Assembly: GCA_021852275.1 (NCBI GenBank)
Contig: JAJZNX010000127.1
Span: forward strand, 9,423 to 73,422
DNA from: Planctomycetota bacterium
GTDB taxonomy: Bacteria > Planctomycetota > Phycisphaerae > WQYP01
Direction: 5' to 3'
DNA length: 64,000 nt
Made by a program: the position numbers and the translations under genes. Below the pieces are notes generated by a model. That model was not told where the DNA came from. It worked only from the letters and a program-made list of their open reading frames with translations, and searched no databases. Positions 57,717 through 64,000 of this stretch are shown piece after piece; positions within the stretch are counted from its first letter, which is position 1; each line of letters begins with the position of its first letter.

Positions 57717-58595
57717 GTGGTTTTGAAGTTTTCGGGTTTAACTACTTTCAAGGTATTGGGCGTGGCGGCTTTGGCCATCTCGCTGGTATCTATTTGGCCG
57801 GGCTGTAAAGACAGTTCCGCGGCAACCGGTTCAGCTTCACCCAAAGCCCACGGTGTTTACGTTACCACTATTTATGCGCCGGTGCTTCATGCTAAGTTAA
57901 TGGTCAATCCCGTCACCAGCCCGGTCTGGCAAGCCATGACATGGCGAAAGCTTACTCCGGCTCCGGGGCATTCCCGGCTTTACGGGGTTACCCGTGTGGC
58001 CACGGCGGTGCGGCATGATGCACTCTATGCCGCGTTTATCTGCAGTGGGGATGGCTTGTGGTACCAGCCGCACGCCAATCGCGCTGATCTGTGGCGACAC
58101 GATGCAGCAGAACTGTGGCTGGATACATCCAAAGCTCAAAATGGCACTAATTTTCTGGAAGTGGTCATGGCCCCCAACGGCCGGACTTATGAATGCTGGC
58201 ATCGCGCCGCGGCTCCACCCCAACCGCGTGCCAACGGCAAAATAGACTTTGCCTATCCATTCAGCTTGATTCCCTGTAAAATTTCCGGATTAGCTGTTCT
58301 GCCTGGCCAGGGCACGTTCCGCGGCCAGACTGTGTGGACGCTGGTGGTAAAAGTTCCATTGGCCCATTTGCCCCGGCCTTTGCGGGTGCTCGCACCTCAA
58401 CCAAAAGTCGGTGCCACATTCCGCATGAACCTCATTCGTTATGACTGGCATGTCGCCGACGGAAAACGCCGGCTGGTACAGTACAATCTTTTCCCAATAG
58501 CCACGGCCTGCCAGGCCTTTGCTCCGTATCGCATGGGTGCCGTGGTGATTGGTTCCGGTGAAGCCATGAATAACGTGGCACTGCGATCCAGGTAG
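57717..58595 (+). CDS. Secreted/lipoprotein-like hypothetical protein, carbohydrate-binding family 9 (DOMON-like) candidate; stop codon inside repeat copy 2
   Basis: Signal-like N-terminus ending IWPGC. The LWLDTS...FLEVVMAPNG pattern reminds me of CBM9-like domains (weak evidence). The TAG stop 58593-58595 lies in the first 5 nt of the repeat. Confidence 0.5.
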   Translation: MVLKFSGLTTFKVLGVAALAISLVSIWPGCKDSSAATGSASPKAHGVYVTTIYAPVLHAKLMVNPVTSPVWQAMTWRKLTPAPGHSRLYGVTRVATAVRHDALYAAFICSGDGLWYQPHANRADLWRHDAAELWLDTSKAQNGTNFLEVVMAPNGRTYECWHRAAAPPQPRANGKIDFAYPFSLIPCKISGLAVLPGQGTFRGQTVWTLVVKVPLAHLPRPLRVLAPQPKVGATFRMNLIRYDWHVADGKRRLVQYNLFPIATACQAFAPYRMGAVVIGSGEAMNNVALRSR

Positions 58596-58762
58596 GAACC
58601 GCGCAAAAATAAATTCGTGTTTTACGGCGCAGAAATTTTGGCCGCCGGCGAGGCGTGAGCGACGCGCATACCCTGCCAATGGGTCTGTAAGGAGCGAACA
58701 ACGACGCCCGCGGCCAAAAGAACCAGTCGGAAAGTGTGAAGTTATTTGTGCGCGGCCCCTTA
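58591..58762 (+). repeat. Copy 2 (most diverged) of the ~173-nt long-hairpin repeat
   Basis: GGTAGGAACCGCGCAAAAATAAATTCGTGTTTTACGGCGCAGAAATTTTGGCCGCCGGCG ... GCGGCCAAAAGAACCAGTCGGAAAGTGTGAAGTTATTTGTGCGCGGCCCCTTA. Collinear with copies 1 and 3 over the full length. Confidence 0.8.
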
Positions 58763-58832
58763 GTCATTATAATTACTGCAATGGTGGCGCGGTGCAGATA
58801 ATGGCAGTTGACAAAAAGGGTACGAAAAATTC

Positions 58833-60182
58833 ATGGCTTTTGATGTTCAATCCTTGATTCCTCCGCTGGATGGTCCCATGTGCTACCGGCCATCATTTGA
58901 TATTCACGCCATTGTCGCTGGCGAACAGCGCATGACCGATGGTCAGTTTCTGGAACTTTATCACCACGCGGCTCTGCCGGATTTGGGGCGGTGGGCGTTT
59001 GCTGCGGTATCGCGGCATCATCCGGAAGATTACCGCACCTATGTCATTGACCGCAACATCAACTATACCAATATCTGTACGGCCCGCTGTACGTTTTGCG
59101 CCTTTAAGCGCAACGACCCTGGTGCCGCCGATGCGTATACCTTGGATCGCGAAACTATTTATCAGAAAATCCGGGAACTCGTCGCGCTGGGCGGCACGCA
59201 GATTCTTATGCAAGGGGGGATGAATCCGGCGTTGCCGCTGAGCTATTACCAGGATTTACTCCAGGGTATTCGGCAGCATTTTCCCGCGGTGCATATACAT
59301 GCCTTCAGTCCGCCGGAGTTTGTGGAATTCTCTCGGTTTTTCAATATGCCCGTGCCGGATTTGTTGGCGAAGTTCAAGGAGTGGGGTTTGGCGACCGTGC
59401 CGGGCGGCGGAGGGGAGATATTTTCCGATCGCGTCCGTAGTCGCATCGGGCCGGGAAAATGCTCCGGCGAACAGTGGCTGGATGTGATGAGCGCGGCCCA
59501 TCGTCTGGGAATGCATACCAGCGCCACCATGCTGATCGGGCATATTGAAACCATTGAAGATCGGCTGGACCATCTGGCCCGGCTGAGACAGCGGCAGGAC
59601 TGGGCCTTGGCCAATGCCCTGGCTCATTACTCCGCGTTTATCCATTGGACATATCAGCCGGACAACACGCCCCTGGACCGCAAGCGCAAGTGGACGCCGG
59701 ATTCCGGCAAGCCTTTTGAGTTTGACGACGGCCGAACCGTGCGCCTGGCCGACGCCCACGAATATCTGCGGATGTTGGCCCTGGCCCGACTGTATCTGGA
59801 TAATTTCGCCAACATGCAAAGCAGTTGGGTAACCATGGGTCCGAAGATCGGCCAGTTGGCCCTGTATTTCGGGGCTAATGACATGGGATCGGTGATGATG
59901 GAGGAAAACGTGGTCAGCAGTGCGGGCACCACGTATTGCCTTGGCGAAGAGCAGATATGCCATTTGATCCGCGACGCCGGCTGGATTCCCGCCCAGCGCA
60001 ACCAGTATTACCAGGTATTGCGGCGACAGGATGGAGCGGACGCACCGGATTTGCGGCCGCGGAAGCCGGGAATTTTTCCCCTTCGACAGCACAAAATAAC
60101 GCCGCAGGAAGCAGGGGCGTACAGGGCGATATCACTTAGAACTTGGTCGTCAAGGGTGGAACCTGCCGCCAGCCCTCCGTAG
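58833..60182 (+). CDS. Radical SAM menaquinone-biosynthesis enzyme of the futalosine pathway (MqnC/MqnE/CofH family)
   Basis: NINYTNICTARCTFCAF CxxxCxxC cluster motif, GGTQILMQGG, and the MqnC/E-like TIM-barrel layout. I cannot tell MqnC from MqnE by eye. Confidence 0.8.
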   Translation: MAFDVQSLIPPLDGPMCYRPSFDIHAIVAGEQRMTDGQFLELYHHAALPDLGRWAFAAVSRHHPEDYRTYVIDRNINYTNICTARCTFCAFKRNDPGAADAYTLDRETIYQKIRELVALGGTQILMQGGMNPALPLSYYQDLLQGIRQHFPAVHIHAFSPPEFVEFSRFFNMPVPDLLAKFKEWGLATVPGGGGEIFSDRVRSRIGPGKCSGEQWLDVMSAAHRLGMHTSATMLIGHIETIEDRLDHLARLRQRQDWALANALAHYSAFIHWTYQPDNTPLDRKRKWTPDSGKPFEFDDGRTVRLADAHEYLRMLALARLYLDNFANMQSSWVTMGPKIGQLALYFGANDMGSVMMEENVVSSAGTTYCLGEEQICHLIRDAGWIPAQRNQYYQVLRRQDGADAPDLRPRKPGIFPLRQHKITPQEAGAYRAISLRTWSSRVEPAASPP

Positions 60183-60368
60183 CACCGTCTGGGAATGCGG
60201 CACCGCCGGTCCGGAAAATACGCCCCCCAACGCCATCGTTTATCGCAAGCGGTGGTGTACTGCCGGTTCTGCTTGGACCCGATCAGCGTACGCAATAGTG
60301 CGATGGATCGAATGATTGCACTGGCAGGCGATATCTGGCGGTTACAGCGTCGGCGGGAGGTTTGTTAA

Positions 60369-61433
60369 ATGAATCGACAGATATATATGGATATCGCGGC
60401 CAAGGGCGCGCGCATACCTGTGGGAACCGATCTGGTACTGCGCCGGCATCCGGATCCCGAGGCCATTGTGCTTAATGGCAGGCGGTTGGCGGAAGTGTGC
60501 ATGGAGGCTGCTGATACATATCACACGTCACTGGCTTTTCCGGTGATGGACCTGATGCTGGAAAAGGCGGCCCTGTTAAGCCTCCTCGGAATCACCGAAG
60601 ATGCCCGGACCTTTCATTTCCAGGCCGGTTCCGATGCCGGACTGGTGGCGCGCCTGCAATCGCATCTGGCCAGGCCCTTGCCGCCGCGGATGCAGGCGCA
60701 TGTCGACGCGATCCAGGTGATCGCTCAACAAGGGGCGGCCAGGTACATTCCAATGGGCATGAGCATTGGTCCGGTCAGCCTGATGACCAGGCTGCTGGCG
60801 GATCCGATCACACCGTTGTTTATGGCTGGTAGTGGTACCACGGCTATGGACGATGAGGATGTCCGGATGTTGGACGTGGTGAACGAGTTGGCGCTGCTGA
60901 TGGTGACCCGGTATGCACAGGCGCAGATAGATGCCGGCGCGGCGGCGGTGTTTATCGCCGAGCCGGCGGCCAATTTGGCCTATTTTTCACCCCGCCAGAT
61001 CGAGAGTGGCAGCGATGTATGGCAGCGCTACGTGATGAATGGCAACCGCCATATCGCGGATTTGCTTGCGCAGCGCGGGGCCGACCTTATTTTTCACTGC
61101 TGCGGCGAACTGACCGATGCAATGGTCAAAAGCTTTGGCAGCTTGAATCCCGCCGTTCTGAGCTTGGGTTCCTCTCGCAAGCTCTGGGAGGATGCGGCTT
61201 TGGTGCCTGCCGATACCGTACTTTATGGAAATTTACCCACCAAGTTGTTTTATTCCGATGATGCCATGCCGGCCGAAAAAGTCGCCGATCTGACCTGTGA
61301 ACTACAGCAACAAATGCGATCTGTCCACCATCCGTTTATTCTGGGCAGCGAATGTGATGTGCTAAGCGTACCCGGCAGCGAAGCGACCATACAACGGAAA
61401 ATTGCGGTAATGCTGCACTGTTCCTGTACGTAA
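60369..61433 (+). CDS. Uroporphyrinogen decarboxylase (URO-D) family protein (MtaA/CmuA-like methyltransferase or decarboxylase homologue)
   Basis: ~354-aa TIM-barrel-like pattern with FIAEPAAN..., IFHCCGE... and a C-terminal GSECD, as in URO-D family members. The assignment is tentative. Confidence 0.55.
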   Translation: MNRQIYMDIAAKGARIPVGTDLVLRRHPDPEAIVLNGRRLAEVCMEAADTYHTSLAFPVMDLMLEKAALLSLLGITEDARTFHFQAGSDAGLVARLQSHLARPLPPRMQAHVDAIQVIAQQGAARYIPMGMSIGPVSLMTRLLADPITPLFMAGSGTTAMDDEDVRMLDVVNELALLMVTRYAQAQIDAGAAAVFIAEPAANLAYFSPRQIESGSDVWQRYVMNGNRHIADLLAQRGADLIFHCCGELTDAMVKSFGSLNPAVLSLGSSRKLWEDAALVPADTVLYGNLPTKLFYSDDAMPAEKVADLTCELQQQMRSVHHPFILGSECDVLSVPGSEATIQRKIAVMLHCSCT

Positions 61434-61686
61434 TCGCTTACAGCAATACTATGAATCTATCGGATGTTCGGACGGTATGAAAGGGGCGGTCAATCTAATG
61501 ATCAAAATACGGTTTCGCGTTGTCGAACATAGCCCATAACGTGCCCCATTCCCAGAGGACCGTCGCCGCAGGTCGGCCCATTTTTTTTCAATTGCCCCGC
61601 CGAGCCGGACTTTCAAACAACGATCTGCGCTTCCTTTTCCAGGCGAATCCAAAGATGATTCCCAGCTTGTCCACCCATTCACGCAG

Positions 61687-62139
61687 CTAATTTTTATCCA
61701 ATTGATGGAATTGCACTTCATAAACACGCAGCGTGTCCACAAAATGCTTTTCACTGCCGCCGGACATCTGTGCCCAGCGGAGCTTCATCAGTATGGTATC
61801 CTCCGCTTGCGCTACCCAAATAGTCTCACCCTCCATGTCCCACATTTGCCGTCGGGAGAACCTCGATTGGTCGAAAATTTCGTCGGTAAGCAGCCAAAAA
61901 TCAACCTTATCCCCCTCCCGCAACTCAATGAGGTTGAACATGCTTCGCTGTTCAATGGCCGTCCGTACCGCATCCTGGTCGAGATAGAAATCCGGCGGTG
62001 GGAATGCAACCATCAGGCTTCCGACTGCCGATGGTGTGATATTCACAACCAAGTCGATGTCGTGTGTCGCTCGCGGCTCGCCCTGCATGCTCGATGCCAC
62101 GGATCCGGTAACCATATAGGCAATCCCGGCCTGTCCCAA
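61687..62139 (-). CDS. Nucleotidyltransferase-fold protein, ending at an in-frame TAG that is followed by 32 more open codons
   Basis: YMVTGSVASSMQGEPRATHDIDLVV (the GS...DxD minimal nucleotidyltransferase motif). The sequence after the TAG continues in frame as LREWVDKLGI..., which resembles the usual C-terminus of this family. Confidence 0.65.
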   Translation of the reverse strand: MGQAGIAYMVTGSVASSMQGEPRATHDIDLVVNITPSAVGSLMVAFPPPDFYLDQDAVRTAIEQRSMFNLIELREGDKVDFWLLTDEIFDQSRFSRRQMWDMEGETIWVAQAEDTILMKLRWAQMSGGSEKHFVDTLRVYEVQFHQLDKN

Positions 62140-62145
62140 AAAAGT

Positions 62146-62318
62146 GGTTAGGGACCGCGCAAAAATAAATTCGTGTTTTAGGGCGCAGAAATTTTGGCCG
62201 CTGGCGAGGCGTGAGCGAGGCGCATACCCCGGCAGTGGGTCTGGAACGAGCGAACAACGAAGCTGGCGGCCAAAAGGGCCAGCCGGAAAGTGCGAAGTTA
62301 TTTTTGCCCGGTTCCTTA
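62146..62318 (+). repeat. Copy 3 of the ~173-nt long-hairpin repeat, wedged between two minus-strand genes
   Basis: 8 substitutions relative to copy 1. The left end lies 7 nt from the start of the nucleotidyltransferase gene. The last 3 nt (TTA) are the TAA stop of the DUF1559 gene on the minus strand. Confidence 0.8.
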
Positions 62319-63263
62319 CGGCAATATCGGAATAAACCAGCGGGTGATCGGATATTCCATGGCCGATTGCAGAGAGTACGTGCCGCCACCTGTGGCCGAT
62401 GGTGCATTGTTGAATTCCACCGCAGGCACGCTCTGCACGCTGCCGTCAAGGAAACCAATATTGCCTTGGCCATTGTGGCGGGAGCTTAAGTGATCACCCT
62501 GATTGAAGGCGGGCGGATCCAACACTTCATCATTAAAGTTGGAAAGCAGGGCGGATTCTTCAATAAACACCGCGAACTCATTGTTTTGAATGGCGTCAGC
62601 CTTGAGTGGGTAGGTCCACGGCGTGGAAGGATCGCCGCCCGATGCCCCCGGCGGATAAATGGTGGCCAGCGTGGCAGACTGCGAGTTGACCAGAGAATTA
62701 ACCGAATAACTCCAATAACCACCTGTGGTCGATGGCCCAACATTTATCTCACCGCAGCCAGGAAGGGCACTTGGCCCCATGGTCAACGCGGTAGCGGAAC
62801 TGCGATTCCCCATATCCTCCGGGCACATAAAGATCTTTGCATACTGTGGATTCAGTGGTGGCGGGCTGCCGGGGGCAGGCGTTGTTGACGTGGGAGAAAT
62901 GGTATAGGGAGCAGCGGTACTCATCTGGGCCAGAGAGCCATTGAGCTGGTTGTAGAGAATGCCTGCTTGCAAACGCCAGTCCTGCTGGTTACTCCAGAAA
63001 GTTCCGGTGGCGGTACCCACGTATGGCGGATAATTCACGGGATGGGGAAAAATCAGGCCATCGGGTGGGAAAAATCCGTTGTCCGTATCAAAATATTCAT
63101 GTAGCGCCTGGCCTAGCTGGCGCATATTGCTGGCACAAACGATCTGCTCGGCACTTTGTCGGGCGGAGGCCAAGGCTGGTAGCAGCAGGGAAATTAGCAC
63201 GGCGATGATGGAGATAACCACTAAAAGCTCAATAAGAGTAAACCCGCGATTTTTCATAAACAT
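62316..63263 (-). CDS. DUF1559 domain protein with prepilin-type N-terminal cleavage/methylation motif (planctomycete pseudopilin-like family)
   Basis: N-terminus M(F)[29 protein letters not shown] and the C-terminal H...[10 protein letters not shown] motif typical of DUF1559. The start is ATG 63263 or 63257; the ORF opens at 63362. Confidence 0.88.
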   Translation of the reverse strand: MFMKNRGFTLIELLVVISIIAVLISLLLPALASARQSAEQIVCASNMRQLGQALHEYFDTDNGFFPPDGLIFPHPVNYPPYVGTATGTFWSNQQDWRLQAGILYNQLNGSLAQMSTAAPYTISPTSTTPAPGSPPPLNPQYAKIFMCPEDMGNRSSATALTMGPSALPGCGEINVGPSTTGGYWSYSVNSLVNSQSATLATIYPPGASGGDPSTPWTYPLKADAIQNNEFAVFIEESALLSNFNDEVLDPPAFNQGDHLSSRHNGQGNIGFLDGSVQSVPAVEFNNAPSATGGGTYSLQSAMEYPITRWFIPILP

Positions 63264-63613
63264 GTACCTTTTTGCCGTCGCGTTAGAGGATTGCGAACAT
63301 CTTTCCGGTTCGTAGCCCCTGTTGACCAAGCAATCCGCACGCCAATGACCCACAACGGCCACCGGTGCAACGCGAACCTGGGGAACTCAATGATAAACGC
63401 GCACCGATTGATTTTGATGCGAAAATTAGCTTTTTTTCAAAAAATTGGTTATCGGGCCGTGCCCGGCGAAAAATGCAAGCAGAAAATGGCCGCTGCTTGC
63501 GCAAGTGAGACGCATGCTCAATGCCAGTTTCTGGGCGTGTGCGCCATCGCCGAGGCCTTCCAGAATGCCTTCCCTTGGGGGTCGATGGCTTGGTCAGGTT
63601 CAGGGAGCCGCGG

Positions 63614-64000
63614 CTAAGACTCTTCCTCTTCGCTATCATCCTCGTGCGAATCGGATTCATCCGCAGGTCTGATCAGGCCTTGTTCAAGCATCCGGGCATA
63701 TTCAATGCAGTAGCTGGCCCATGGCTTGGCTTCCAGACGGGCCTTGCCGATGGGTTTGCCGGTGGCCACGCACACCCCATAGGTACCCTGATCAATGCGA
63801 TTCAGCGATTCCTGAATTTCCCGCAGTAGTTGACGTTCACTTTCGATCAAGCCGAGTGTAAATTCCTGCTCAAAATTATCGGTGCCGACATCCGCCATGT
63901 GCATGGGGCTGGAGGAATGATTGTCCTGGCTTTTGAAGGCTTCGTTTTCCATCGAGCCGACATCACCAAGAATCTCGCGGCGTTTTTCCAGCAAGAGCGT
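63614..64000 (-). CDS. DksA/TraR family protein with only two of the four zinc-finger cysteines and an acidic tail (5' end probably beyond window)
   Basis: Coiled-coil region, then GTYGVCVATGKPIGKARLEAKPWASYCIEYA, aligned to the DksA CxxC-x17-CxxC finger as CxxT-x17-CxxY. The frame is open to the window edge. Confidence 0.75.
   Translation of the reverse strand, partial: TLLLEKRREILGDVGSMENEAFKSQDNHSSSPMHMADVGTDNFEQEFTLGLIESERQLLREIQESLNRIDQGTYGVCVATGKPIGKARLEAKPWASYCIEYARMLEQGLIRPADESDSHEDDSEEEES

Noticed and set aside
61449-61754. A 101-aa minus-strand ORF overlaps the 3' end of the nucleotidyltransferase gene.
   Set aside because: It is in a different frame from the family-like continuation (LREWVDKLGI...), is Cys/Trp/Arg-rich, and has no motif. 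The in-frame read-through frame explains the region better.
1-64000. A scan for CRISPR arrays, rRNA genes, IS transposases, prophage genes, and toxin-antitoxin or defence islands.
   Set aside because: I found no regularly spaced direct repeats, and no rRNA-like conserved strings. There are no DDE/serine/tyrosine recombinase motifs and no phage structural genes. The only repeat families are the three long-hairpin elements and the short motifs near the tRNA.

Overview
Densely coding, moderately GC-rich bacterial chromosomal segment with about 55 protein genes and one tRNA. The gene content points to Planctomycetota (inference): a DUF1559/prepilin-type gene with N-terminal [10 protein letters not shown], an alternative-complex-III/caa3 respiratory cluster, a futalosine-pathway radical SAM enzyme, and LPS genes.

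Gene order, left to right:
- The 3' part of an ActF-like ACIII gene, a membrane cytochrome c, SCO1, and a caa3-type oxidase (subunit II with two C-terminal cytochrome c modules, then I, III, IV and a second III-like gene).
- GH36 alpha-galactosidase, DJ-1/PfpI, a Tro/Znu-type metal ABC operon, YraN, a large uncharacterised membrane protein and YgfZ.
- A pseudo-receiver followed by a tightly coupled operon: LolA-like carrier, MMPL exporter, lipoprotein and adenylating enzyme.
- UvrD-family helicase, a Kdo-hydroxylase-like gene, SDR, a glutaredoxin-like gene, thioesterase and ADP-ribosylglycohydrolase.
- A frameshifted sugar-phosphate-isomerase-type TIM-barrel gene, tRNA-Ser(UGA), Nudix, an extremely acidic-tailed protein, CoaD and Gnd.
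- An operon encoding a hydrolase, ICMT, a condensation-like enzyme, ComF and HrpB.
- Qor, two GT2 genes, MlaEF, hslU without hslV, LpxA, class I XylA, IleS, FNR, a MqnC/E-family enzyme and a URO-D-like gene.
- A nucleotidyltransferase-fold gene ending at an in-frame TAG, a DUF1559 gene, and a 2-Cys DksA-like gene cut by the right edge.

I see no CRISPR array, no transposase or integrase, and no obvious multi-gene defence island. Most of the window is housekeeping.

The most unusual signal is non-coding. Three co-oriented copies of a ~173-nt long-hairpin repeat carry terminal inverted repeats and TTA flanks (MITE/Correia-like). They supply the stop codons of three neighbouring genes and show compensatory and G-U wobble substitutions.

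Secondary items:
- The LolA/MMPL/lipoprotein/ligase module without any polyketide genes.
- An A7 slippery run exactly at the frameshift of the TIM-barrel gene.
- A G10 tract upstream of xylA.
- A five-fold short motif plus a heptamer tandem repeat upstream of the tRNA.

Start codons were refined by eye and are the least certain coordinates.
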